64,000 nt of DNA, from the NCBI GenBank assembly GCA_023229115.1, contig JALNZW010000003.1, forward strand, positions 1,664 to 65,663, given 5' to 3'. Position numbers and translations under genes: made by a program. The stretch's first letter is position 1, and each line of letters starts with the position of its first letter. This stretch comes from Patescibacteria group bacterium (GTDB taxonomy: Bacteria; Patescibacteriota; Patescibacteriia; Patescibacteriales; UBA12465). Under the pieces are notes generated by a model. That model ran no database searches, was not told the origin of the DNA, and was given only the letters and a program-made list of their open reading frames with translations. This document shows, piece by piece, positions 1 to 8,104 of this stretch.

Positions 1-1041
1 AACATACAAACCCATACGATAAGCAGCTGAAAAAAGTAAAAATAAAGAAGTAATAGTAAAGATGGCTAATATCCTTTGTATTAATAAATTTGTTTTTTTA
101 TAAGTAAAAAAATAAATTAAAATATTAATAATTGATAAAAACAACAACTGCCAAAAACCACTTTTAACTAAGCTTTCAACTTCCTTAAAATCGAAAGGCA
201 ATGATCCAATTAACAAGCGACTTAATTGTATCCACAAAAACAACAAATAAAGAAGTAAAACGCCGCCTAAAACAATTCCGGAAATTATAGGATCAATATT
301 TTTTTTATCTTCTTTTTTCTCTTCACAAATAAATTTTTCACTCCAAGCCGTAAGAGTGGAAAAAAATAAGATTGTTAGAGCAATAAATACTAAAGCTCTA
401 TAAACAAAAGGCAAGGAAATAAAAGAAGAAAACCAACCATAAAAAACCTTCATTCTACTAGCAAATTCCAAATCAGCTGAAGACAAAAGTGGTATAAAGA
501 AAGTTAAAGAAATTATCAAAAATAAAATTACTCCACTAATCACTCTAACAAAAACATTCTTCTTATTTTTATTAACTGGTACTAATAAGTTTAAATACAA
601 ATAAAATGTTTTTCCAATTTTAGATAAAAAAGAAAAAAATCTGGCTACTATCTTTGAAATAAAAGAAAAATCCCAAATTTTATTTTTTTTATTTATCAAA
701 AAAGATTGATTGTAAAAAACAATAAACAACAAAGGAAAAAACAATAAATTTACCACCTTAAAAAAGGGATTGTCATAAAAAGAATAACTAATTGCTATTA
801 AAACCATAGGTATAATCCATAACAAGTCCCTATGACTATAAAAATCTTTTTTATACAAAACCCAGGCAAACAAAGTCAGAAATATAAGCAAAAAGAAAGT
901 AGCATTAAAGCCTAAGGCATAAGGGCCTTTAGACCAAAAATTCCACAAAAAAATAACAAAAAACAAAGCTGGTACAGAGCTTAAAATCAGTCTTAGGGGC
1001 AAATCTTTTTTATTTTCTTTATAATTTTCAGTATGTGACAT
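1..1041 (-). CDS. polytopic membrane protein, 5'-complete with 3' end beyond the window edge (hypothetical)
   Basis: Hand translation of the minus strand from ATG at 1041 (MSHTENYKENKKDLPLRL...) stays open to position 1 and is very hydrophobic with multiple predicted TM helices. It is absent from the ORF track, probably because no stop codon lies in the window. Confidence 0.55.
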   Translation of the reverse strand, partial: MSHTENYKENKKDLPLRLILSSVPALFFVIFLWNFWSKGPYALGFNATFFLLIFLTLFAWVLYKKDFYSHRDLLWIIPMVLIAISYSFYDNPFFKVVNLLFFPLLFIVFYNQSFLINKKNKIWDFSFISKIVARFFSFLSKIGKTFYLYLNLLVPVNKNKKNVFVRVISGVILFLIISLTFFIPLLSSADLEFASRMKVFYGWFSSFISLPFVYRALVFIALTILFFSTLTAWSEKFICEEKKEDKKNIDPIISGIVLGGVLLLYLLFLWIQLSRLLIGSLPFDFKEVESLVKSGFWQLLFLSIINILIYFFTYKKTNLLIQRILAIFTITSLFLLFSAAYRMGLYV

Positions 1042-1144
1042 TCTTTTTAAAATATATTTTATAATAATCAACAACCAAATTATAACATATTTATTTTCTT
1101 GTTAAAATAATCAACCTAGATATTAAAAGACTTGTAATTAAAAA

Positions 1145-2191
1145 TTAAGAGTTTTCATTTTTAAGATACACAGTTCTAGAAGGAAGTGGAATACTGATAC
1201 CATTTTGATTTAAATCATTATAAATATTTTCTAATGCCTCTAATTTTTTATCGAAAGCAATGGATTGATCATTCACCCAAAATCTAGCCTGCCAATCCAA
1301 GCCAGAGTCCGCCAACTCTAACATGATAGCATTTGGAGCTGGTTCTTTTTCCACACCCTCTATTTTGTTTAAAGAATTAAAAACGACTTCCTTAATTTTA
1401 TCAATATTAGATCCATAGGCAGTGCTAAAATTAACTATAACCCTTAATTTTAAATTGGGTTGAGTAAAATTTTTAATTTTCATTTCAGCTAATCTTCCAT
1501 TCGGAATGGTAATAAGCTCATTGTCAAATGTTCTTATTTTCGTACTTCTAATAGTAACAGAATGAACAATACCCAATTCTCCACCCTCTAAAGACACCTT
1601 ATCTCCAACCTGAAGAGTTTTGTCTAATATTAAGCTAACTCCTCCAAATATATTTTTCAAAGAATCTTGCATGGCAAAACCAATAACAAAACCAGCTATT
1701 CCCATACTAGCCAAAAAAGGAGCAACATTAAATCCCCAAATATCTAAAATCCAAACCAAACCAATTATCAACAAGACAACGATAGTAGTCTTCTTAAATA
1801 ACGGAGATAAAGAGTCAACCATTTTGCTATTATTTTTCTTCTTAAAAACTTCTATCCAAAATCTAATTATAATATCAAAAACAATAGTCGCAGTATAAAT
1901 TAAAAAAACAGCTAAAGTTGAATCTATTATTCTTTCCAGCCAAAGATAAGTAAAATCTAACTGTTTAAGGGCAATTTGTAAACCCAAAACAATTAAAACA
2001 TAAATAAAGGGCGGTTTTAATTTTTCAATAATCAAATCATCTAGCTTTGTTTCTGTTTTTTGGCTCCATTTTTTAAAATATCTTTCAGTTAAAAAAGTTA
2101 TAATTTTTGATGCTAAAAAAAACAATATTAAAATTAACCCAGCCTTGATATATTGATTATCTAGTAAAAAATCGAAAATTTTATTAAACAT
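1145..2191 (-). CDS. small-conductance mechanosensitive channel (MscS family)
   Basis: 348 aa with N-terminal TM helices and the MscS-type core ASMGIAGFVIGFAMQDSLKNIFGGVSLILDKTLQVGDKV followed by a C-terminal beta domain. Confidence 0.8.
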   Translation of the reverse strand: MFNKIFDFLLDNQYIKAGLILILFFLASKIITFLTERYFKKWSQKTETKLDDLIIEKLKPPFIYVLIVLGLQIALKQLDFTYLWLERIIDSTLAVFLIYTATIVFDIIIRFWIEVFKKKNNSKMVDSLSPLFKKTTIVVLLIIGLVWILDIWGFNVAPFLASMGIAGFVIGFAMQDSLKNIFGGVSLILDKTLQVGDKVSLEGGELGIVHSVTIRSTKIRTFDNELITIPNGRLAEMKIKNFTQPNLKLRVIVNFSTAYGSNIDKIKEVVFNSLNKIEGVEKEPAPNAIMLELADSGLDWQARFWVNDQSIAFDKKLEALENIYNDLNQNGISIPLPSRTVYLKNENS

Positions 2192-2264
2192 AAATCGAAG
2201 TCTACTTAATTATTAAAATATTATTTTAACACAAAATACAGGAAAAACAAAGATATTTTTAGTA

Positions 2265-2300
2265 AAAACCCCGAAAATATTTTTTTCAGGGTTTTTATTT
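2265..2300. terminator. bidirectional rho-independent terminator-like hairpin
   Basis: aaaccccgaaaa ... ttttcagggttt inverted repeat with one mismatch, flanked by an A-run and a T-run. It lies between the small basic ORF and the MscS gene. Confidence 0.4.
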
Positions 2301-2307
2301 TGTTTTT

Positions 2308-2445
2308 TTATTTTTTTACTGCTTTTTTGGTACCTTTCTTTTCAGCTTTCTCTTCCAACATAACACGTTTAGCCTCTAAGCGTTTAGCTGTTTTATGAGA
2401 TTTACTGTTTTTTCTTTTACCAACACGATGTGGTTTAAGGGCCAT
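2308..2445 (-). CDS. small basic protein (45 aa, MALKPHRVGKRKNSKSHKTAKRLEAKRVMLEEKAEKKGTKKAVKK); possible ribosomal-protein-like or other nucleic-acid-binding peptide
   Basis: An ATG-to-TAA ORF found by hand that falls below the ORF-track length cutoff. It is extremely Lys/Arg rich and sits in an otherwise empty 340-bp gap followed by a terminator hairpin. Confidence 0.35.
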   Translation of the reverse strand: MALKPHRVGKRKNSKSHKTAKRLEAKRVMLEEKAEKKGTKKAVKK

Positions 2446-2535
2446 ATCTTTTAAATTAATTATAAATATAACGATTTCATAATAACACAGAAGAATTTAA
2501 TAAGCAAAAAACACCCAAGCACAAGACTTCTCTTT

Positions 2536-3303
2536 TTATTGCTTGTTCTTGTAAAAAATTCTTCCAATAAAAAACATAAACAAAGCCAAGCACAAGACTA
2601 AAGTAACAATAATGCTTAAATACTCTCCATTGAAGCCAGTTACGGATAAATGTTTTAATAATATACCAAGATAAGCCCAAACAAAAACTAATCCATAGGC
2701 AGTATTTTTATCTTTACACATGCGCAAAATTCCAATCAACGCCCCAACAAGTAAAATAATGCTTGTCCAAATATATTCAGCTATACCAAATCCATTCCAA
2801 TTAATACTTACTAAAAATACTGTAATATTAGCAATCGTCGCTACCGTAATCCAGCCAAAATAAACGCTAAAAGGAATTGATATAAAAAACTTCTCTAAAG
2901 AAGAAAATTTTTGCAGACGAACAATGTCAGCAATTTTAATAAGGCAGAAAAGTAATATTACCATAACAATTACTGACAAGCTAATATAATCATAGTGCCA
3001 AGCAAATATCCATAAAATATTAGCAATTGAAGTGATAATAAAAAAAAGATTTATTTTGCTAAAAAGCTCTGATCTTTTAGAATTAACCCTTAGAAATTGA
3101 TACACAATATAAAAAGCAAGTAGAAGGTAGATTAAACCCCAGATAGAGAAAGTTAAACCGGCTGGCGCAAATAAGTTTGGATAAGCATCTGATATTTGAC
3201 CAGTAGAGAGATTATTAATTGGCAAACTGTTCGCTAAAAAGTTTACAACAAGCATCGAAACATAAGTAACGACTGTAATAATTTTTATAAAAATATTTTT
3301 CAT
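2536..3303 (-). CDS. integral membrane protein (hypothetical; weak TspO/MBR-like resemblance)
   Basis: 255 aa with 5-6 predicted TM helices and a Trp-rich segment (LPINNLSTGQISDAYPNLFAPAGLTFSIWGLIYLL). Confidence 0.6.
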   Translation of the reverse strand: MKNIFIKIITVVTYVSMLVVNFLANSLPINNLSTGQISDAYPNLFAPAGLTFSIWGLIYLLLAFYIVYQFLRVNSKRSELFSKINLFFIITSIANILWIFAWHYDYISLSVIVMVILLFCLIKIADIVRLQKFSSLEKFFISIPFSVYFGWITVATIANITVFLVSINWNGFGIAEYIWTSIILLVGALIGILRMCKDKNTAYGLVFVWAYLGILLKHLSVTGFNGEYLSIIVTLVLCLALFMFFIGRIFYKNKQ

Positions 3304-3367
3304 AGTTTTATTTTTAATAATATAAATAAATTATAACATAAAAATACAAATATTTAAATTAATTAAA

Positions 3368-3396
3368 ACAAAAAAGCCCTTGAATTTTCAAGGGCA
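3368..3396 (-). terminator. rho-independent terminator after the ABC-F gene
   Basis: gcccttgaa/ttcaagggc 9-bp stem. On the minus strand it is followed by a T-run. Confidence 0.55.
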
Positions 3397-3415
3397 AAAA
3401 CAAATAAGCATTTTA

Positions 3416-4888
3416 CTAAAGTTTTCCTAAATCGAGTTCGTCCGTAATCTTTATTTCTTTTATAAATTCAGACATATGACTAATTATAATCAAAGCTCCC
3501 TGATAATCATTGATAGCTTCAGCTATTATTGGAATATGACGAAAATTTATATGATTTGTCGGCTCATCTAAAACCAAAAGACCTGGTTCCATCAAAACTA
3601 TTCTAGCAAAAGACAACAATCCTTTCTGACCCTCAGATAAATCACCAATTTTACTTCCCATTAAATCTCCTGTAATTAAAAATCCAGCAGCAACCGATCT
3701 CATTGTTTGTTCTGTCATCTCCTTGGAAAGACAAGAATCCAAAGATGAAAAAACCGTTTGATCATAATCTAAATTAGAAAAATCTTGACTATAATAGGCA
3801 AGCTTAACTTTTGGTAAAATCTCCAAGCCCTCTTGAGTTCCCAAGACCAAAGATCTAAGCAAACTACTCTTGCCAATTCCATTTGGCCCCTTTATTAAAA
3901 GCCTATCTCTTTTAGTTAAAACTTTGTTAACATTTTTAAATATTGGTTCATGGTTTTTAATTACTCTAACTTTTGAAATACTAACAATATTACCATTAAT
4001 ATCTTCTTGGGCCGGAATATCAAATTTTCTAATAGTTTTATCTTCCCTTCTAACATCTACTTTATTTTCCTCTAAGTCCTCTGTCTCTGCTTTTAACTTT
4101 TGAGCTAACTTACGCATCTTACCTCCCTTGTTGGCAAAAAAATTTACTTTTTCTTTTCGATCTTTTATCTTTTTTTCTAGTTGTGCATTTTTCATTATTT
4201 CCCTCTCTACTCTTCTGGAAACTTCTTCGACCACTGAATAATAATCACCAACATAAAGCTCTGTCTTTCTAGTAAAAACATCTAAGTAAATAACGCCCTC
4301 GGTAAAGCAGTTTAAAAAATCAGCATCATGAGAAATAACAATAACTGTTTTGTCATACATTATTAAAAAACTAATTAAGTGGTCTATACCACCTTGATCT
4401 AAGTTATTTGTAGGCTCATCTAACAGTAAAATGTCAGGGTCTTTAATTAAAGCAAAGGCAAGTAAAAGTCTCGCCTGTTGACCACCGGAAAGATCGCCAA
4501 CTTTTTTATCCAAAGGTACCTGAAAATCAACCGCATCTAGAACTTTACTGATACGACTTTTTATATTACCAGGAACTTCTTCAAAAGCTTTTGAAAAGTA
4601 ACTTTCAACACTAAGATCTAAATCTTCTTTGGCCATTGTTTGCTTGGCTGTTCCTATGCTAGCATCATTAGTAATGGAAATTAGACCTTCCTTTGCTTTT
4701 AATTCTCCTTTTATTAGCTTAAAAATAGTGCTTTTACCAGCCCCATTTTGACCCATTAAGGTTATTTTTGCTCCCCTTCTGATACTAAAATTAGCCTCAT
4801 CTAAAATGGGCTTTTTTTCTAAATATTCAAATTTAACATCTTTGAAACTAAGTATTACTTCTTCTGACATAAGTTCATATCCAATCAT
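3416..4888 (-). CDS. ABC-F family ATPase (two tandem ABC domains, no TMD; translation-factor type)
   Basis: Two Walker A motifs (GQNGAGKST, GPNGIGKSS), two ABC signatures (LSGGQQARLLLA, LSEGQKGLLSFA) and an inter-domain charged linker. Confidence 0.85.
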   Translation of the reverse strand: MIGYELMSEEVILSFKDVKFEYLEKKPILDEANFSIRRGAKITLMGQNGAGKSTIFKLIKGELKAKEGLISITNDASIGTAKQTMAKEDLDLSVESYFSKAFEEVPGNIKSRISKVLDAVDFQVPLDKKVGDLSGGQQARLLLAFALIKDPDILLLDEPTNNLDQGGIDHLISFLIMYDKTVIVISHDADFLNCFTEGVIYLDVFTRKTELYVGDYYSVVEEVSRRVEREIMKNAQLEKKIKDRKEKVNFFANKGGKMRKLAQKLKAETEDLEENKVDVRREDKTIRKFDIPAQEDINGNIVSISKVRVIKNHEPIFKNVNKVLTKRDRLLIKGPNGIGKSSLLRSLVLGTQEGLEILPKVKLAYYSQDFSNLDYDQTVFSSLDSCLSKEMTEQTMRSVAAGFLITGDLMGSKIGDLSEGQKGLLSFARIVLMEPGLLVLDEPTNHINFRHIPIIAEAINDYQGALIIISHMSEFIKEIKITDELDLGKL

Positions 4889-5024
4889 AAATAAATCAAA
4901 TTAAGAATGTTAAAGCAATTTTTGCTTATAAACATTAATAATCACCTTATTTAGGTTAGCACATCTTGAATAAAAATCAAATACAAAGACCTGTTTAGAT
5001 TTATATTAATTAAAATGATTATAT

Positions 5025-5054
5025 ACAAAAAACCGCATCTATTTAGATGCGGTA
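5025..5054 (-). terminator. rho-independent terminator (ccgcatcta/tagatgcgg stem plus T-run on minus)
   Basis: Perfect 9-bp inverted repeat followed by TTTTTTGT when read on the minus strand, downstream of the peroxiredoxin gene. Confidence 0.5.
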
Positions 5055-5286
5055 GAAGCATTGTCAAAGATTATAATCTCTTAAAAAGACCATCAAATAA
5101 AATGCCTAATTTGTCACAACGCTTTATGCCGTTGAGCCTACCCTGCACATCTTTTAGGTAAAAATATTTTTCATCTTTATTCATTTCTCTGATAGAGCCT
5201 GATGATTTTAATTGACAAACATTATGCTGATTATAAGCGCCAAAAACATTAACATCTTCATGTGAAGAAATAAATTTTAACTAACA

Positions 5287-5314
5287 AAAAAGTATACTAA
5301 AATAGTATACTTTT
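5287..5314. terminator. AT-rich dyad: aaaaGTATAC-taaaata-GTATACtttt
   Basis: 10-bp stem hairpin built from two copies of the palindromic hexamer GTATAC, lying 60 nt downstream of the peroxiredoxin stop. It could be a terminator or a protein-binding operator. Confidence 0.35.
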
Positions 5315-5373
5315 ATCAAGAGTCTGTAATTGTGAAAAAAACCGAAAGAATGTGACTAAAATTAAACAAGATT

Positions 5374-6090
5374 TTAACCCTTAATATTCAACTCTTTTTC
5401 AATATCTTCTTTGCTAATATTTTTAGTACAAAAAAACCAATCATAACAATTCATTTCATCTTTATTTTCCATTCTTTCTTTGGCTACACCACAAGAACCA
5501 GCTGTAGGCACTATAACTTCATCTCCTGGCCTCCAATCAGCTGGAGTAGCGATAGAAAATTTATCAGCGGCTTGCATAGCTATTAAAGCCCTATACAATT
5601 CATCAAAATTACGACCCAAACTTAATGGATAATAAATAATTGCTCTAATTATTCCCTTAGGATCAATAAAGAATACAGCCCGAACTGCCTTAGTATTACT
5701 CTCTCCTGGCTGCATCATTCCATATTTTTCAGCAACTTCCATAGTAATATCTTCAATTAAAGGAAATTTAACTTCGACATTTTTCATCCCCTTATACTCT
5801 ATTTTTTCCTTAATAGTACGAAGCCAAGCAATATGACTATACAAGCCATCAACTGATAATCCCACAAGCTTACAATTAGCTTGATTGAATTTTTCCTCCA
5901 TACTAGCAAAGGTCATAAATTCTGAAGTACAAACTGGAGTAAAATCAGCTGGATGACTAAAAAGAATAACCCAGGAATCTTTATAGTCTTCAGGAAAATT
6001 AATCTCACCTTGAGTAGTGACAGCTTTAAAGACTGGGGCCTTTTCACCAATTCTAGGAATTGAGAAAATTTTGTTTTCATTGTTTTCCAT
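5374..6090 (-). CDS. peroxiredoxin, 1-Cys Prx (Prx6-like) subfamily
   Basis: 238 aa with the peroxidatic motif DFTPVCTSEF and a thioredoxin fold. Confidence 0.85.
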   Translation of the reverse strand: MENNENKIFSIPRIGEKAPVFKAVTTQGEINFPEDYKDSWVILFSHPADFTPVCTSEFMTFASMEEKFNQANCKLVGLSVDGLYSHIAWLRTIKEKIEYKGMKNVEVKFPLIEDITMEVAEKYGMMQPGESNTKAVRAVFFIDPKGIIRAIIYYPLSLGRNFDELYRALIAMQAADKFSIATPADWRPGDEVIVPTAGSCGVAKERMENKDEMNCYDWFFCTKNISKEDIEKELNIKG

Positions 6091-6146
6091 AAATTTAAAA
6101 TTAATTATTAGTTAATTTATATTATATCATTTTTTAAGAGTATAGA

Positions 6147-6587
6147 CTAAATTTCTTTATCCATTAAAACAAAATCTCTATTTGCGTAATAATTAAGTAA
6201 AATAGCCCTAGTTTTATATCCAAGCTTTTCATACAAGCTTTTAGCCTTCCAGTCTAACCCAGTTTCAAGACGAATTTTGTGAACACCCAAAGACTTTACA
6301 TGGGTTTCAACTGTATTTATAATCTTTTTTGCCAAACCATTTCTTCTAAATCTTCTTCCAACAATTAATGAATCAATTTGTGCAACTCCTAACTCTGTAA
6401 AAAAAGAAACGTAAGCAATAATTTTATTATCGGCTGCGTTTCTAGCAACAAGGGTATAAAAATTTTTAGAAAAATCCAGATTATGTTCTCCATAATGCTC
6501 TCTATCGGCTTCGGGCCATTCTTCAGCTTTAAATTTATCCAACAAAAAAACATCTATATCCTCTAGTTTTACTATATCAATATTCAT
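6147..6587 (-). CDS. GNAT family N-acetyltransferase
   Basis: 146 aa with a VGRRFRRNGLAKKI acetyl-CoA binding motif A-like segment. Confidence 0.7.
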   Translation of the reverse strand: MNIDIVKLEDIDVFLLDKFKAEEWPEADREHYGEHNLDFSKNFYTLVARNAADNKIIAYVSFFTELGVAQIDSLIVGRRFRRNGLAKKIINTVETHVKSLGVHKIRLETGLDWKAKSLYEKLGYKTRAILLNYYANRDFVLMDKEI

Positions 6588-6670
6588 TTTTGAAATATAA
6601 ATTATAATTATTAAAATTATACCATTTTTTATTGAAAAAATAAAAAAGTTCTGATTCTTATCTAGGGTAT

Positions 6671-6701
6671 AAAAAAAGACCTAATAAAATTAGGTCTTTT
6701 A
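6671..6701. terminator. bidirectional terminator hairpin (agacctaat/attaggtct)
   Basis: 9-bp perfect stem flanked by an A-run and a T-run. Confidence 0.5.
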
Positions 6702-6755
6702 TCTTAGCCACGTAAAAAAACCTTCGATGTTCACGTGTCCACGTAATAAAAACAA

Positions 6756-6791
6756 AACAGCCACTAATGTGGCTTGTTTTATTTTTATTTT
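6756..6791. terminator. terminator hairpin agccac-taat-gtggct plus T-runs
   Basis: The stem is followed by tgttttatttttatttt. The same hairpin sequence (agccactaaYgtgg) recurs at 42714-42727. Confidence 0.45.
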
Positions 6792-6811
6792 ATTATATCT
6801 TATTTTAACAA

Positions 6812-6844
6812 CAAAAAAAGTAGACAAAATTTGTCTACTTTTTG
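6812..6844. terminator. terminator hairpin (gtagacaaa/tttgtctac) plus T-run
   Basis: 9-bp stem with A/T runs on both sides. Confidence 0.45.
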
Positions 6845-6845
6845 G

Positions 6846-6912
6846 GGTACAGATCATTGCTCCGAGGCTAGGACGCGAACGGGTCTCTCGAACCACGCCC
6901 GTCCCTCGGTAA
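6846..6912. other. GC-rich conserved intergenic motif copy 1 (GGCTAGGACGCGAACGGGTCTCTCGAACCACGCC within a ccgagg...cctcgg stem)
   Basis: Roughly 55% GC island in a roughly 30% GC genome. It shares GGCTA..GACGCG-N3-GGGTCTCTCGAA-NC-NCGC with 12401-12456 and sits immediately 3' of the minus-strand gene ending at 6917. Confidence 0.4.
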
Positions 6913-6916
6913 AAAA

Positions 6917-7861
6917 CTATTCAGTAGCCATAATAATCTCTCCACACTTATCTTTATACTGATCTACAATATCAAAAATATCATCTATTTTAGGTTCTCT
7001 AGCAGTGATTTCTTCTCCGTTTTTAAATGTCGCTGTAACTTCCAAAGCATGTGTTTGCATAACTGATTCTATTTCACATTCGGCAATAGCTTGTTTTATT
7101 AAATTCCAATTAGTAATATTTGTAAATGCATAATCTTCTGCTTTTACAATTAATTCGTCTACGTCATGATCAAATATTTTCCGTTGAACATCCTCGGGAA
7201 ATATTTTCTTAATATCTTTGGTATAATCAGCTCCATCACCTGGAGCTTCATATGAAAATTTATTTATATCATAATATGACAACTCATTTGGATAATCTAT
7301 TTTAACTGGACCAGATGAACCACTGACTGTAACTAACTTATTATTTTCAATCACATATTCTCCGCAATAGGCCCAAATATATAATGGGAATAATTCTTGG
7401 TCAGGTTTTAAATTTTTAATTGTACAAAAATTATAGCTATCATCTCGATTTTTCCAGCTAAAATGTTTTTGTATTAATAAATATCTTTCTATGGCTTGCT
7501 CTCTTGGTGTTGGGTTGTAGGCTATATTTATTTTATCTGTTACTTGGGTTGAAGCGTTAACACAAAATTGTTTTGAATGACAACTTAAATAATTTGAGAC
7601 TACCGTTTCACCACAAAGAGAGCAAGTGTCTTGATGTTCCAAGCACTCAACTTCATTTAACTTTTCACAAGCATCTTCATCGATAAAATCATTATTTTGC
7701 AAAGATAAAAGTATTCCAGGGATTATACCTACTAAAATCAGTACTACTCCTAAAATCAAATAGATTTTATTAAATTTATTTTGTTTTTTCTTTTGGGTAA
7801 AATAGATGATCAACCCAATTGTCCCCAAGATTAAAAATATTAGTGATGTTGGTATTGGCAT
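6917..7861 (-). CDS. hypothetical membrane-anchored protein (two N-terminal TM helices, Cys-rich linker, soluble C-domain)
   Basis: 314-aa ORF with no recognised motif. Confidence 0.5.
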   Translation of the reverse strand: MPIPTSLIFLILGTIGLIIYFTQKKKQNKFNKIYLILGVVLILVGIIPGILLSLQNNDFIDEDACEKLNEVECLEHQDTCSLCGETVVSNYLSCHSKQFCVNASTQVTDKINIAYNPTPREQAIERYLLIQKHFSWKNRDDSYNFCTIKNLKPDQELFPLYIWAYCGEYVIENNKLVTVSGSSGPVKIDYPNELSYYDINKFSYEAPGDGADYTKDIKKIFPEDVQRKIFDHDVDELIVKAEDYAFTNITNWNLIKQAIAECEIESVMQTHALEVTATFKNGEEITAREPKIDDIFDIVDQYKDKCGEIIMATE

Positions 7862-7889
7862 AAAGTTATATTAATAAATTTTTTAATCT

Positions 7890-8087
7890 CTAATTAATCT
7901 TAGTGTTATTATTCGTAAAAACATAAAAAAATAGAGCATTTATTATAACAAACAACAAAGAAAAAATAATAGAAAATGCTATAAAACTTTCTTCTAAACT
8001 TTTTTGTAATGCCCAAATATTTATACCAATAAATATTATTCCAATTATTGCATTGATAGAAATGTTTATAAAAATTATTTTTTTCAT
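7890..8087 (-). CDS. small hydrophobic membrane protein (65 aa)
   Basis: Two predicted TM helices, directly downstream of the 8105-9541 gene. Confidence 0.35.
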   Translation of the reverse strand: MKKIIFINISINAIIGIIFIGINIWALQKSLEESFIAFSIIFSLLFVIINALFFYVFTNNNTKIN

Positions 8088-8104
8088 AAGTATATTTTTA
8101 ATCT

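Noticed and set aside
1620-1898. Plus-strand ORFs embedded in minus-strand genes (1620-1898, 3870-4103, 8172-8372, 9003-9278, 18203-18409, 23150-23428, 23608-23836, 33294-33989, 41196-41465, 41613-42052 and others)
   Set aside because: They lie antisense within well-supported genes such as MscS, ABC-F, RpoD, S5 and L3. Their sequences are low-complexity or reflect K/E-repeat antisense, and they have no independent signals.
2477-2680. 67-aa ORF overlapping the 3' end of the 2536-3303 membrane-protein gene
   Set aside because: It is an alternate frame of the same hydrophobic gene with no support.
6862-6920. preQ1-I riboswitch-like appearance (stem cctcgg followed by TAAAAAACTA)
   Set aside because: The loop is about 36 nt rather than about 12 nt. 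The element is on the wrong strand to control any downstream gene, and no queuosine-related gene is nearby.
6699-6962. Short ORFs (6699-6896, 6727-6912, 6774-6962) and 12255-12440 overlapping the terminator and GC-motif spacers
   Set aside because: They span hairpin or terminator sequences and the conserved GC motif. They are better explained as non-coding structured DNA/RNA.
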